Made by a program: the position numbers and the translations under genes. A model generated the notes under the pieces. That model was not told the DNA's origin and made no database searches. It saw only the letters and a program-made list of their open reading frames with translations. 64,000 bases of DNA from Bacillales bacterium UBA7029 (lineage in GTDB: Bacteria; Bacillota_I; Bacilli_A; RFN20; CAG-826). Of the stretch, positions 53,945 through 64,000 are shown in pieces (the stretch's first letter is position 1; the number at the start of each line of letters is the position of its first letter). The stretch spans positions 15,893-79,892 of the forward strand of contig DLBE01000043.1 in assembly GCA_002494205.1 (NCBI GenBank). The letters are read 5' to 3'.

Positions 53945-54538
53945 ATGTTTACAAGTTTAGAAAAAGCGGAGATAACCTTAATTAGAGATAAATCATCCTT
54001 TATTGGGATTTTAATGCACGTTACAAGTGTTGAATCTGTTAAACAATATCTTTTAGATATTAAAAAACAATATCCTAAGGCAAAACATTATTGTTATGCC
54101 TATGTCATTGGTGGAAACAAAAAATGCTCTGATGATGGTGAACCTTCAAAGACAGCTGGAAGACCACTTTTAGAACTACTTGAAAAGAAAGAAATGGACG
54201 AGTCACTTTTAGTGGTTGTTCGTTACTTTGGTGGAGTTTTACTTGGAGCGTCTAGACTTATGTCAACTTATCTTGAAACAGGTGTCCAAACTATAAATTC
54301 AGCAGATATTGTCGAGATAAAACATAGCTATGGTTACAAGGTTGTTATGTCTTATAAAGACTTTGATGAACTCAAAAGATTAGGAAAAACCTGGGGATTT
54401 TCATTTGAAAATATAAAATATGAAGATAAAATATGTGTTGATGTTCTAGGGGACGAAGATGCCGGAGAAAGACTTGCAAACGCATTCCCTCACGCAAACA
54501 TTGAGTTAATAGGAAAACGAAAAGTTTATAGAAGGTAG
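53945..54538 (+). CDS. YigZ/IMPACT-family protein
   Basis: DDGEPSKTAGRPLL and VVRYFGGVLLGASRL hallmarks. Confidence 0.85.
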   Translation: MFTSLEKAEITLIRDKSSFIGILMHVTSVESVKQYLLDIKKQYPKAKHYCYAYVIGGNKKCSDDGEPSKTAGRPLLELLEKKEMDESLLVVVRYFGGVLLGASRLMSTYLETGVQTINSADIVEIKHSYGYKVVMSYKDFDELKRLGKTWGFSFENIKYEDKICVDVLGDEDAGERLANAFPHANIELIGKRKVYRR

Positions 54539-54542
54539 AACT

Positions 54543-55802
54543 ATGATAGACAAAAACGAATACATCTTAAGAAGAAACAAATTTTTTAACACATTAGAAG
54601 ATAATTCAGTTACTATTCTCTTCTCTGGTGTTGGAAGAAAGAAATCTGGTGATGAGAATTATGCATTTGTGCCAAATAAAAATTTCTATTACCTAACTGG
54701 TATTTCTCAAGAAAACTCAATTTTACTTTTAATCAAAAATGATTCAGAAAAACTCAGTTATCTATTTATAGATGAAAAAGATGAAAAGATTGAAAAGTGG
54801 ATTGGCTATAAACTTTCTTTAAAAGAAGCACGTGAAATTTCTGGTATTGAAAATGTTTGTGTTCGCACTACTTTTGAAGGAAAAATGCTCGCCTTTTTTG
54901 AGGATAATAACAAGATGGGCGAAAAGATTTCTAAGTTTTACTTAGATTTAGAGCCAGAACTAAAAATTGCAGAGTCAAAATCAACATTAACTTATAAAAA
55001 AGAACTTGAAGTTGTTCATCACTTAGAAGTTGAAGATTGCAACGCTAAAATTGGTGAACTTCGCAAAATAAAATCTGAAGCTGAAATCGAACTTATTCGT
55101 GAAGCTATTGCTACAACTGATTTAGGTTTAAAACACGCTTTATTGGATTTAGGTCCAGGAAAACATGAATATAATTTAAGAAACTCTTTCGAGTTTGCTG
55201 TTAGAGAAGACCAAGATTCTTTATTCGCATTTCAATCAATAGTTGCAGCAGGTGAAAATGCAACAATTCTTCATTATCCACAACAAGGATCAATGGTCAA
55301 AAAAGATGACTTGGTCTTATTTGATGTTGGTGCTAGTAGAGATTATTATGCAGCAGACATTTCTAGAACTTATCCAGCAAGTGGAAAATATAATGAAATT
55401 CAAAGAAAGATTTATGAAATTGTTTTGAATTGTAATAAACAAACTTCTAAATTTATGCGCCCTGGAATTACATTGTTTGAGGCAAATGAATTTGCGAAAA
55501 ACTTTTTAGCAGAAGAATGTTTAGAAAAAGGACTAATTTCTTCTAGAGAAGAAATATCAAGAGTTTATTATCATTCTGTTTCCCATTTCCTAGGGTTGGA
55601 TACTCATGATTTCGGAAGCAAAGAAGATAAACTTGTCCCTGGCAATGTTGTTACATGTGAACCAGGTCTTTATTTCAAAGATTTAGGCATTGGAGTGAGA
55701 ATCGAAGATGATGTTTTAATTACTGAAAATGGATCAGAAGTTCTTTCAGATGGTATCGCTAAAGACGTAGATGCTATTGAAAAGATGTTGAGGACTAGAT
55801 AA
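54543..55802 (+). CDS. pepP: M24-family Xaa-Pro aminopeptidase
   Basis: HSVSHFLGLDTHD; TCEPGLY; VRIEDDVLITENG. Confidence 0.85.
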   Translation: MIDKNEYILRRNKFFNTLEDNSVTILFSGVGRKKSGDENYAFVPNKNFYYLTGISQENSILLLIKNDSEKLSYLFIDEKDEKIEKWIGYKLSLKEAREISGIENVCVRTTFEGKMLAFFEDNNKMGEKISKFYLDLEPELKIAESKSTLTYKKELEVVHHLEVEDCNAKIGELRKIKSEAEIELIREAIATTDLGLKHALLDLGPGKHEYNLRNSFEFAVREDQDSLFAFQSIVAAGENATILHYPQQGSMVKKDDLVLFDVGASRDYYAADISRTYPASGKYNEIQRKIYEIVLNCNKQTSKFMRPGITLFEANEFAKNFLAEECLEKGLISSREEISRVYYHSVSHFLGLDTHDFGSKEDKLVPGNVVTCEPGLYFKDLGIGVRIEDDVLITENGSEVLSDGIAKDVDAIEKMLRTR

Positions 55803-57280
55803 TGAAAAAATATATTTTATCAATTGACCAGGGAACTACTTCATCAAGAGCTATTCTTTTTAATAAAAAAGGAGAACTTGTAGCATCAGCTTCAAAAGAA
55901 GTAGTCCTTTATTATCCTCATGAAGGTTATGTTGAGGCAGACCCAATTGAAATTTGGAGCTCAGTTGTAGACGTTATTAATAACGTTTTAATTAAAGCAA
56001 ATACTACTTGGTCTGAAATTGATTCAGTTGGTATTACTAATCAACGTGAGACAACAGTTATTTGGGAAAAGAAAACCGGAAAACCAATTTATAATGCGAT
56101 TGTTTGGCAATCACGCCAATCGCTTTCAATTTGCGAGTCTCTTTCCAAAAAAGAAACAATTATCCACAATAAAACTGGTTTACTAATTAACCCGTATTTC
56201 TCTGCATCGAAAATAAGATTTATTTTGGATGCTGTTAAAGATGCTCAAGAAAGAGCTGAAAAAGGAGAACTTTTATTTGGAACAATCGATACTTGGTTAA
56301 TTTGGAAATTAACCGAAGGTAAAACTCACGCTACTGATACAACAAATGCCTCAAGAACAATGTTATTCAACATTTTTGATCTAAAGTGGGATAAAGATTT
56401 GCTTGAGATTTTTAATATTCCTGAAAAGATGCTTCCAAAAGTAATGGAATCAAAAGCTGATTTCGGTAAGCTTGATTATTTCGCTAGAGACATTCATATT
56501 TTGGGTGTTGCAGGCGACCAACAAGCATCTCTTTTTGGTCATACATGCTTTAAAGAAGGTGAATGTAAAAACACATACGGAACCGGATGTTTCATGTTAA
56601 TGAATACAGGCGAAAAACCTATTCTTTCTAATAATGGTTTATTAACTACAATTGCTTGGACTATTGATGGCAAAACTAAATACGCTCTTGAAGGCTCTGT
56701 CTTTATTGGTGGTGCGGCTATTCAATGGTTAAGAGATGGAATTAAAGTTATTAAAGAAGCCAAAGAATGTGATGAAGCCGCTTCTAAAGTTCCTGATAAT
56801 GGTGGAGTTTACTTCGTCCCAGCATTTGTAGGACTTGGAACCCCATATTGGGATGATGAAGTTAGAGGCACGATGTTTGGTATGACTCGTGCCACAACAA
56901 GAAACCATATCGTTTTAGCAACTCTTCAAGCTATTGCTTTCCAAAGTAAAGATGTTTTTGATGTTATGAGTGATGAATCACAAATTGAGATTAAATCTTT
57001 ACAGGTTGATGGAGGCGCAACAAACTCAGATGTTTTAATGCAATTCCAAAGCGATATTCTTCATATTGATATTCAAAAACCTGTTTGCACTGAAACCACA
57101 GCACTAGGTGTTTGTTATCTAGCAGGTCTTAAATCTGGTTTCTTCAAAGGCGCAGATCACGTTAAAGAATGCCACAACTTCCAAAAATCATTTTCTCCAA
57201 AGATGCCGCTTGTTGAAGCATATAAGATGTGTGAAGCTTGGAAAAAAGCGGTGGAATGTTCTAGAAGATTTAAACTTTAA
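55802..57280 (+). CDS. glpK: glycerol kinase
   Basis: SIDQGTTSSRAILF; FGTIDTWL; 492 aa. Confidence 0.95.
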   Translation: MKKYILSIDQGTTSSRAILFNKKGELVASASKEVVLYYPHEGYVEADPIEIWSSVVDVINNVLIKANTTWSEIDSVGITNQRETTVIWEKKTGKPIYNAIVWQSRQSLSICESLSKKETIIHNKTGLLINPYFSASKIRFILDAVKDAQERAEKGELLFGTIDTWLIWKLTEGKTHATDTTNASRTMLFNIFDLKWDKDLLEIFNIPEKMLPKVMESKADFGKLDYFARDIHILGVAGDQQASLFGHTCFKEGECKNTYGTGCFMLMNTGEKPILSNNGLLTTIAWTIDGKTKYALEGSVFIGGAAIQWLRDGIKVIKEAKECDEAASKVPDNGGVYFVPAFVGLGTPYWDDEVRGTMFGMTRATTRNHIVLATLQAIAFQSKDVFDVMSDESQIEIKSLQVDGGATNSDVLMQFQSDILHIDIQKPVCTETTALGVCYLAGLKSGFFKGADHVKECHNFQKSFSPKMPLVEAYKMCEAWKKAVECSRRFKL

Positions 57281-57344
57281 AAGTTTTAAAATTTCCATAA
57301 AAAAAACAGGATTTCCTAAGAATTTCCTGCTTTTTGATTGTTAA

Positions 57345-58982
57345 TTAGTCAGCGTAACATGAGCCACCAATGAATTCTCTCATAAGAGAGTTACATGGTA
57401 CCCATTCATCTGGCATGTTGTCAAAGTACTTGAGCATACGGAGTAATCTTTCTGCTACTGGATAATACACTGATTCTGGTTGAACCGCTTCAAGAAGAGG
57501 TTGAGCATATTTCTTCATAACACAAAGTTCATATGGAAGCATTGAGTTATAAACAAAGTCTGCGCCTTCTTGAGTTTCGTAAATCCATTTAAATTCGCCA
57601 CGACGGACGCTTGGCCACATACCGATTGTTTCTTCTGCTGAAGCACCTCTGAATTGATAGTCACGAACTAATCTACGAAGTAAACGTAAGTCTACTGTTG
57701 AAATTGGATAGTGGTTATCAAGGTTGATTTGTGCTTGTGGAGCAATGAAGATTTTAAATTTTTGGTTACGTGGAATTAAGGCTGTCATACGATCATTGAG
57801 GGCGTGAATACCTTCAATGATGATTGGTTCGCCTTTGCCAACTTTAAGAACTCTACCTGGAACACGTTTTCCAAGTTTGAAATCAAATTTTGGAAGTTGA
57901 ACTTCTTCTCCATTAATTAAATCAAGCATATTTTGGTTGAATAATTCAATGTCGAGAGCTTCAATGGATTCAAGATCTGGTTTGCCATCTTCATCTTTAG
58001 GTGCTTGATCTTTGGAAAGATAATAGTCATCCATTGAGATTCTAATTGGTTTTAAACCTCTTGACATAAGTTCTATACGAACTCTATTTGCAAATGTTGT
58101 TTTACCAGAGCTTGATGGACCAGCAATACAGATGATTCTGATGTCTTCGTTATTTTCAATTATAGAGCCAAGTTCGCAAAGCATTCTATTGTGTCTTGCT
58201 TCGCAAAGTTGTATGAAGTCGATAACGCCATCTTTGTGAATATGCTCGTTAATTTTAACAACGGTATCAGCATTAACTGTCTTCGCCCATACGTGCGCTT
58301 CTTTTAATGTTTTACCATAAGTAGGAGCATCAACGAATTCTGGGATTTGACCTTTACATTCGCTTCTTGGAGTTTGAAGAATCATTCCTGGAACATAAAG
58401 ATTTAATTTAAATTCTTTGATATAGCCAGTTGATGGAACCATTCTTGAGAAGAGGTAGTTATAATAACCATCACATTCATATAAATGGACTTTACTTTCT
58501 GGGCGATATGCGAGTGCTTCAAGCTTATCTTCTAAGCCAACTTTTTTATAAAGTTTAGCAGCTTCTTTCTTTTCGTAGCTGTGGCGTACAAGTGGGAAGT
58601 CAGCATCGATAATCTTTTTCATCTCTGCTTCAACCGCATCTCTCATTTTTGTGGTTGCTGAGACTTCTGGATTAAGGATTTGAATGAAAGTAGAACGTGA
58701 AACGTTACGTGTCAATCTAACCTTTAGTTCTGGATAAAGTCTTGCAAACGCCATAACTGCAATGAATCTAACTGTAGATTCGTAAATTTTTGCGGCGTCT
58801 TCATCCTTAATTGTAAGGAATTCAACTTTTGAGTCCTCTTCAACGTAGTATGTGAGTTCTCTAAGTCTATTATTGACTCTACAACAGATAATATCTCTGT
58901 TTCCTTTTGGTACTAAGTCAAGAATTTTAACTTTCTTCTCAAATACTTTCTCTTGATCGAGGTATTTAACTGTAAATGACAT
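57345..58982 (-). CDS. uridine/cytidine kinase-family protein with N-terminal TGS-like (ThrRS/AlaRS-type) domain
   Basis: 545 aa; P-loop IAGPSSSGKTT in a PRK/Udk-like C-terminal half. SD AAGGAG. Confidence 0.7.
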   Translation of the reverse strand: MSFTVKYLDQEKVFEKKVKILDLVPKGNRDIICCRVNNRLRELTYYVEEDSKVEFLTIKDEDAAKIYESTVRFIAVMAFARLYPELKVRLTRNVSRSTFIQILNPEVSATTKMRDAVEAEMKKIIDADFPLVRHSYEKKEAAKLYKKVGLEDKLEALAYRPESKVHLYECDGYYNYLFSRMVPSTGYIKEFKLNLYVPGMILQTPRSECKGQIPEFVDAPTYGKTLKEAHVWAKTVNADTVVKINEHIHKDGVIDFIQLCEARHNRMLCELGSIIENNEDIRIICIAGPSSSGKTTFANRVRIELMSRGLKPIRISMDDYYLSKDQAPKDEDGKPDLESIEALDIELFNQNMLDLINGEEVQLPKFDFKLGKRVPGRVLKVGKGEPIIIEGIHALNDRMTALIPRNQKFKIFIAPQAQINLDNHYPISTVDLRLLRRLVRDYQFRGASAEETIGMWPSVRRGEFKWIYETQEGADFVYNSMLPYELCVMKKYAQPLLEAVQPESVYYPVAERLLRMLKYFDNMPDEWVPCNSLMREFIGGSCYAD

Positions 58983-59281
58983 AGTTTAAATCTCCTTTTC
59001 GGGCGAATAAATTATAAACGAGCGCATGTGTCTTTTCAATAAAAAAATGTAACCGCTTGCATAGACAATAAAAGCAAAATTCTTTGCATCGCAATATAAT
59101 TTATTTTAAAATTATACTCGCTTGTTATTTTACGAATAAAATTTGCGCTAAATTAGCAAGATTAGTAAAGGACACAAAAGAGGCCAAAAAATTGTAGAAA
59201 TTTCCGAAAATTTGCAGGAAATCTCGGGGAATTTGCAAAAAATAGCTTGTCTAAATCTAGCGAACAAATAAAGAGGAAAAT

Positions 59282-59326
59282 ATGTTAAAAAGTCAGCAAT
59301 TGTTGACTTTTTATTTTTGTAAATGA
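59282..59326 (+). CDS. 14-codon upstream ORF (MLKSQQLLTFYFCK) with strong SD, stop overlapping the atpI ATG
   Basis: SD AAGAGGA 5 nt upstream; its coding region contains the agtcagcaa/ttgttgact hairpin plus T-run; ATGA overlap with atpI. Speculative. Confidence 0.3.
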   Translation: MLKSQQLLTFYFCK

Positions 59327-59742
59327 ATAATATTAAGGTAATGAAAGGCAAATTAACAAAGTTAAGTGAGCTTCAGGCATCACTATTAATTGCAGGGGCA
59401 ATCTCGGTTGTCCTTTTATTAGTTTCACTCATAGGACTATTTAATAATCAACCTGGGTGGATAATCGGTGTTGCGATTGGAACGGCTGTTGAGTTCGCTT
59501 TTATTTGGTTAATGTTTGTTGGGTCAAACGCAACTTTTAAAGAACAAAAAGCAGGATTATTCCTTTTAACTTATTTTGTTAGAGTAATCCTTTTTGTTGG
59601 TTCATTTGCTGGACTTGCCGTTCTTCAATATGTCGCAAAAATTGAAGTTTTTAAAAATTCATGTTGGGGAATGTTAATCGCTTTTGCTCCTTCTACATTT
59701 ATCACAATCGCCATTCAAGTAATGCATAAAGGAAAGAATTAA
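59323..59742 (+). CDS. atpI: ATP synthase protein I (AtpI-family)
   Basis: 139 aa; 4 TM; immediately precedes atpB. Confidence 0.6.
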   Translation: MNNIKVMKGKLTKLSELQASLLIAGAISVVLLLVSLIGLFNNQPGWIIGVAIGTAVEFAFIWLMFVGSNATFKEQKAGLFLLTYFVRVILFVGSFAGLAVLQYVAKIEVFKNSCWGMLIAFAPSTFITIAIQVMHKGKN

Positions 59743-60506
59743 TGGAGAAGTATTCTGATCCAAATATTTTTAAAACATTTAATCCTTCTGGCGAGATCAT
59801 AGTAGCCTTGGGGCTTATTTTCGTTCTTATCATTTTGGCAATTTATGTTGGCATTAGAGCAAAATTTGCAGACCCATTAAAAAGACCGAAAGGTTTATTA
59901 AAAATTACTGAATGGGCAGTTGAAAAGTTAGATGCTTTCACTCAGGAATCAATGGGGCCAGGATTTGATAATTTTGGTGGATTATTGCTTGCAATAATTC
60001 CATTCTGTTTCTTGTCATTTATAATTGGAATTACAGGCCTACCTACCCCTATGAATAACTTGGCAGTTCCTTTAACTTTAGCCTTAGTTACATTTGCATT
60101 AATACACTTTACATCAATGAGATTTACTAAAATCCATTACTTTAAACGTTATATTGATCCATTCCCAGTTTTTTTACCAATCAACTTAATGTCAATGTGG
60201 GCTCCTTTACTCTCAATGACTCTTCGTATGTTTGGTAATGCAATTGTTGGTTGGGTTTTACTTGGTTTAATTAATAGTGGTTTAGAATCAATCTCTTCAT
60301 CAATTTTCTCATTTATTCCAGGTGGAGCATCTTCAATTTTCATTGTTCCGATTGTTACTCCACTTTTACACGCATATTTTGATTTGTTCTCTGGTTTTGT
60401 TCAGACGATGGTGTTTACGTTCTTGACGGCACTTTTTATCTCGCAAGAAAGGCCAGATGATATACAAATAGAAGGAGCTAATGCTCCTAGAAAGGAGGCT
60501 ATGTAA
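59742..60506 (+). CDS. atpB: F0F1 ATP synthase subunit a
   Basis: LSMTLRMFGNAIVGW contains the essential Arg motif. Confidence 0.9.
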   Translation: MEKYSDPNIFKTFNPSGEIIVALGLIFVLIILAIYVGIRAKFADPLKRPKGLLKITEWAVEKLDAFTQESMGPGFDNFGGLLLAIIPFCFLSFIIGITGLPTPMNNLAVPLTLALVTFALIHFTSMRFTKIHYFKRYIDPFPVFLPINLMSMWAPLLSMTLRMFGNAIVGWVLLGLINSGLESISSSIFSFIPGGASSIFIVPIVTPLLHAYFDLFSGFVQTMVFTFLTALFISQERPDDIQIEGANAPRKEAM

Positions 60507-60733
60507 TGAATTTAGAAGCAGCAAAAGCAATTGGTGCGGCTATCGCAATTTTATCAGCAGGTTGTTCATCTCTTGGTGAAGGCTTACTAGTTGCAAAAGC
60601 TATCGAAGGTATGGCTCGTAACCCTGAAATGTATGGCAAACTTCGTTCTAGCATGATTATTGGTGCTGCCCTTGTTGAAACTTGTGGTATTTACGCACTT
60701 TTAATCTCAATTCTTATTCTTTTCGTTCTTTAA
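60506..60733 (+). CDS. atpE: F0F1 ATP synthase subunit c
   Basis: 75-aa hairpin; GAALVETCGIYALL carries the carboxylate E. Confidence 0.9.
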   Translation: MNLEAAKAIGAAIAILSAGCSSLGEGLLVAKAIEGMARNPEMYGKLRSSMIIGAALVETCGIYALLISILILFVL

Positions 60734-60751
60734 TTTTCGGAGGGCTTTGTT

Positions 60752-61336
60752 ATGAAAAAGTCTAAATTAGCTTTAATAACATTGTCGACTGTAGCTTCTG
60801 GAAGTTTGACTGCTTGTAGCGGAATTACTAAAGAAGGCTTCATAGACAAATTATTCCCTAACCCATGGGATGCTTTAGCAGTATTTTTAGCATTTATTGT
60901 TTTACTTATTGCAGTATTTTATTTTGCATATAAACCTGTCAAAAAGTTGCTTAAACAAAGAGGCGACTATGTCGAAGACAAAATTAAAAATGCTGAAAAA
61001 CGTGAAAAAGAGTCTCAAAAACTTTTAACTGAAGCAAACGAAGAAATCAAAGCTAAAAAGATTGAAGCCATGGGTATTGTAGAACAAGCAAAAGAGGATG
61101 CTCTCAAAGAGAGACAAGCTATTTTAGATAAAGCAAAAGAAGAAAAAGCCGCCGAATTACAAAGAACAAAAGAAGAGATTGCCCAAGAAATTGAGGCAAG
61201 CAAAGATGAAATCCATCGTGAAATTGTTTCAGTCGCGATTGATGCATCAAGTAAAGTTCTCGAAAGAGAAGTTAATTCAAAAGACAATGAAAAACTCATC
61301 GATAGTTTTATTGATGATTTAAAAGAAGGTAAATAA
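60752..61336 (+). CDS. atpF: F0F1 ATP synthase subunit b, with lipoprotein-type signal peptide
   Basis: MKKSKLALITLSTVASGSLTAC lipobox precedes the TM and coiled-coil region. Confidence 0.85.
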   Translation: MKKSKLALITLSTVASGSLTACSGITKEGFIDKLFPNPWDALAVFLAFIVLLIAVFYFAYKPVKKLLKQRGDYVEDKIKNAEKREKESQKLLTEANEEIKAKKIEAMGIVEQAKEDALKERQAILDKAKEEKAAELQRTKEEIAQEIEASKDEIHREIVSVAIDASSKVLEREVNSKDNEKLIDSFIDDLKEGK

Positions 61337-61878
61337 TGCAAGAAGTAGTTTCTAGATACGCATCAGCTCTTGTTAGCATTGCTAAAGAAGAGAAAAAACT
61401 TGAACAATATAAAATTGCAGTTTTAAGCGTGAAAGAAACTTTTGATTCTAATCCTGAAGTCTTGAAGTTCCTTAAATCTTATTTTGTAAAAAATGATGAT
61501 AAAAACAAAGTGGTTGATGAACTTACTAAAGAATACGGGCTTAAAAACTTGACTAATTTTATTAAACTTCTAGTCGTAAAACATAAGATATATATGTTTA
61601 AAGACATTGTCTCAGAAATCACTAAAGGAATTAATTTTGAATTAGATGTTTATGAAGGTTTCATTTATTCAACTGAGCCTTTAGAAAAAGAAAAAATTCT
61701 TAAGATTTCCCAGGTAATTTCAGAAAAAATCCATAAAAAAGTAGAACTTAAAAATAAAACTGATAGCCGCTTAATTGGTGGTATTAAGGTTGTGGTCCAT
61801 GATCATGTATTTGATGGTTCTATTAAGTACAAACTTGAAACAATGAAAGAACAATTAAAAGAAAGGAGAAACGGCTAA
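61336..61878 (+). CDS. atpH: F0F1 ATP synthase subunit delta
   Basis: 180 aa OSCP/delta-like; position in operon. Confidence 0.85.
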   Translation: MQEVVSRYASALVSIAKEEKKLEQYKIAVLSVKETFDSNPEVLKFLKSYFVKNDDKNKVVDELTKEYGLKNLTNFIKLLVVKHKIYMFKDIVSEITKGINFELDVYEGFIYSTEPLEKEKILKISQVISEKIHKKVELKNKTDSRLIGGIKVVVHDHVFDGSIKYKLETMKEQLKERRNG

Positions 61879-63383
61879 TGAAAATTAAAACTTCAGAAAT
61901 TTCGGCTTTAATTAAAAAACAAATTACCGATTTTGAATCTAAGGTTGATTCTAATGACGTTGGCACTGTTATTACCGTAGGTGATGGTGTTGCTTTGGTT
62001 TATGGTCTTGATAAAGCAATGCTAGGTGAACTCGTTGAATTTAATCGTTCCGTTTACGGAATGGTTATGAACCTTGAAGAAGAAAATGTTGGTTGTGTCT
62101 TGCTTGGAAACGATACCGATATTAAAGAAGGTGACGTTGTAAGAAGAACAAAGAAAGTTGTCGAAGTTCCTGTTGGTGATGCTCTTTTAGGAAGAGTTGT
62201 TAATGCTTTAGGCCAACCTCTTGATGGTTTAGGTGAAATTAAAACAAAAGCAACTCGTCCAGTTGAAAGAATTGCACCAGGTGTTATTTACCGTAAGTCA
62301 GTTGACACTCCACTTCAAACAGGTATTAAAGCTATTGACGCTATGATTCCTATTGGAAGAGGTCAAAGAGAACTTATTATTGGTGATAGACAAACAGGAA
62401 AAACCGCTATTGCTGTAGACACAATCATTAACCAAAAAGGACAAGACGTAAATTGCATTTACGTTGCAATTGGGCAAAAGAATTCAACTGTTGCTTCAAT
62501 TGTTGATAAATTGCGCAAAGCAGGTGCTATGGAATACACAACTGTTGTTTCAGCAACTGCTAGTGAACTTGCCCCTTTACTTTATCTTGCCCCTTATTCA
62601 GGCATGGCTATGGCTGAAGAGTGGTTAGATGAAGGTAAAGATACATTAATCATCTTTGATGATTTATCTAAACACGCTGTTGCTTATCGCACACTTTCTC
62701 TTTTGTTAAAGAGACCAAGTGGTCGTGAAGCTTATCCTGGCGATGTTTTCTACTTACATTCACGTTTACTTGAACGTGCTTGTAAACTTAATGATGAAAA
62801 TGGTGGTGGTTCAATTACTGCTTTACCAATCATCGAAACCCAAGCAGGTGATATTTCTGCATATATTCCAACAAACGTTATTTCGATTACTGATGGACAA
62901 ATCTTCTTAATGACAGATTTATTTAACGCAGGTCAAAGACCTGCTATCGATTCAGGTTTATCGGTTAGTCGTGTTGGTAGTGCCGCTCAACTTAAAGCTA
63001 TGAAGCAAGTCGCTGGTTCTTTAAAGATTGAACTTGCTAGCTTCCGTGAACTTCAAGCTTTCTCTCAATTTGGTAGCGATCTTGATGAAGACACAAAACG
63101 TGTTCTTAAACACGGTAATGTTTTAATGGAAATATTGAAACAAGCTCAATATGATACCTATCCAGTTGAAAGACAAATTATAGAACTTTTCGCGGCAAAA
63201 CATCGTTATTTAGATGAATTAAAAGTTGAGGAAGTTAAACCTGCATTAAATAAACTTTACTCACATATTTCTTCATCTCACAAAGAGATTTTAAAGGAAA
63301 TTGTTAGCAAAAAGATTATTCCAGACTCTTTAGAGTCTTCACTTAAGAAAATAATGAGTGATTTCTTCGAGACATTAAAATAA
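61878..63383 (+). CDS. atpA: F0F1 ATP synthase subunit alpha
   Basis: GDRQTGKT Walker A; 501 aa. Confidence 0.95.
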   Translation: MKIKTSEISALIKKQITDFESKVDSNDVGTVITVGDGVALVYGLDKAMLGELVEFNRSVYGMVMNLEEENVGCVLLGNDTDIKEGDVVRRTKKVVEVPVGDALLGRVVNALGQPLDGLGEIKTKATRPVERIAPGVIYRKSVDTPLQTGIKAIDAMIPIGRGQRELIIGDRQTGKTAIAVDTIINQKGQDVNCIYVAIGQKNSTVASIVDKLRKAGAMEYTTVVSATASELAPLLYLAPYSGMAMAEEWLDEGKDTLIIFDDLSKHAVAYRTLSLLLKRPSGREAYPGDVFYLHSRLLERACKLNDENGGGSITALPIIETQAGDISAYIPTNVISITDGQIFLMTDLFNAGQRPAIDSGLSVSRVGSAAQLKAMKQVAGSLKIELASFRELQAFSQFGSDLDEDTKRVLKHGNVLMEILKQAQYDTYPVERQIIELFAAKHRYLDELKVEEVKPALNKLYSHISSSHKEILKEIVSKKIIPDSLESSLKKIMSDFFETLK

Positions 63384-63384
63384 T

Positions 63385-64000
63385 ATGGCACAGGCACTTA
63401 ATAAAACAAAAAGAAGAATTGCTTCTGTAAAATCGACAAAAAAGATTACTGAAGCTATGGAACTTGTCGCAACCGTAAAACTTAAAAAGTTCAAAAATAA
63501 GATGGAAGCGAATCAGTTTTATGTAAGGGAAATTGAAGACATAATTTCTCATCTTTTTGGAGTGCTTGGAAATGAAGAAAAACCATATATTTCTCAAGGA
63601 AAAGGGGAGAAAAACCTAGTTGTGGTTATTAATTCAAATCTCGGTTTGTGCGCTTCTTATAATTCCAATGTCTTTAACTTTGTTAATAAAAATTTAGATA
63701 AAAATAAAGACACATTAATGACAATTGGAATTAAAGGTGAGCTTAATTACGAAAGAGAAGGTTTTGAAATTAATAAAGATTATTCTTCTATTAATGATAA
63801 ATTGGATTACTCCGATGTAATTAAATTGGGTCGCTATTTACATTCAGAATTTTTAAAGGGAGCATACAAATCTATTAAGCTAGTATATACAAAGTATATA
63901 AACTCACTAAGATTTGAACCTACTTTAGTTACACTTTTCCCACTTAACAGAGAAGGAGAAACTCCATCATATGGATATGAACCAATCTACGATCCTAATC
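63385..64000 (+). CDS. atpG: F0F1 ATP synthase subunit gamma (N-terminal part; continues beyond window)
   Basis: MAQALNKTKRRIASVKSTKKITEAMELVATVKLKK N-terminus typical of gamma; open at the window edge. Confidence 0.85.
   Translation, partial: MAQALNKTKRRIASVKSTKKITEAMELVATVKLKKFKNKMEANQFYVREIEDIISHLFGVLGNEEKPYISQGKGEKNLVVVINSNLGLCASYNSNVFNFVNKNLDKNKDTLMTIGIKGELNYEREGFEINKDYSSINDKLDYSDVIKLGRYLHSEFLKGAYKSIKLVYTKYINSLRFEPTLVTLFPLNREGETPSYGYEPIYDPN

Noticed and set aside
1-64000. Mycoplasma/Spiroplasma genetic code (TGA = Trp)
   Set aside because: TGA is used as an in-frame stop at the ends of spx (22730-22732) and the EAL-like gene (31668-31670). Trp is encoded by TGG throughout, for example in metK, trxA WCGPC and glpK. 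The standard code 11 applies.

Overview
This 64 kb window comes from a low-GC (about 30%) bacterium that uses the standard genetic code. TGA serves as a stop (spx and the gene upstream of proS both end in TGA) and TGG encodes Trp. The gene content and style look Mollicutes- or Erysipelotrichia-like: the ATP synthase b subunit carries a lipoprotein signal peptide, there are several lipoproteins with LxxC lipoboxes, proS is the archaeal type, and many promoters sit where the transcript would start at the start codon (leaderless).

Most of the window is housekeeping. This includes pgi, mgtE, a pduL-type phosphotransacylase, metK behind a divergent S-box riboswitch, hpf, trpS, spx, maf, rnj, def, rsmD, coaD, proS, nagB, trxA, glpK, pepP, rdgB and the F0F1 ATP synthase operon atpI-B-E-F-H-A-G. 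Seven tRNAs sit on the minus strand (Leu-GAG, Ser-GGA, Ser-CGA, Ser-GCU, Gly-UCC, Asp-GUC), most next to intrinsic terminators.

Two accessory islands stand out.

1. Region 9844-15853 encodes a complete CapE/CapF/CapG-type pathway for UDP-N-acetyl-L-fucosamine. The CapE-like and CapG-like enzymes each carry a related N-terminal XRE-type helix-turn-helix domain fused in frame. They are followed by a protein that fuses a flippase-like transmembrane domain to a GT4 glycosyltransferase.

2. Region 38419-49056 is an apparently complete gene cluster for a ribosomally synthesised, post-translationally modified peptide (RiPP), about 10.6 kb.
- It opens with an orphan response regulator that has a SARP-like winged-helix output, followed by a HipA-like kinase.
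- SARP-style heptamer direct repeats sit on the promoter of a 67-aa precursor, which has a Nif11-like double-glycine leader and a 19-aa acidic core with a single Cys.
- Next is a radical-SAM maturase with an N-terminal RiPP-recognition domain and a C-terminal SPASM domain.
- A terminator, a palindromic operator and a leaderless promoter separate this from a small MFP-like protein, a C39-peptidase ABC exporter and a partner ABC whose N-terminal peptidase-like domain is degenerate.
- The cluster ends with a STAS protein and a membrane-bound fusion of a PP2C phosphatase and a GHKL anti-sigma-type kinase (a partner-switching module).

Other points of interest are a membrane protein with a catalytically dead EAL-like domain, a lipoprotein from the GH114 polygalactosaminidase family next to nagB, a 50-aa membrane peptide translationally coupled to spx, and a 14-codon uORF with a strong ribosome-binding site overlapping the atpI start.
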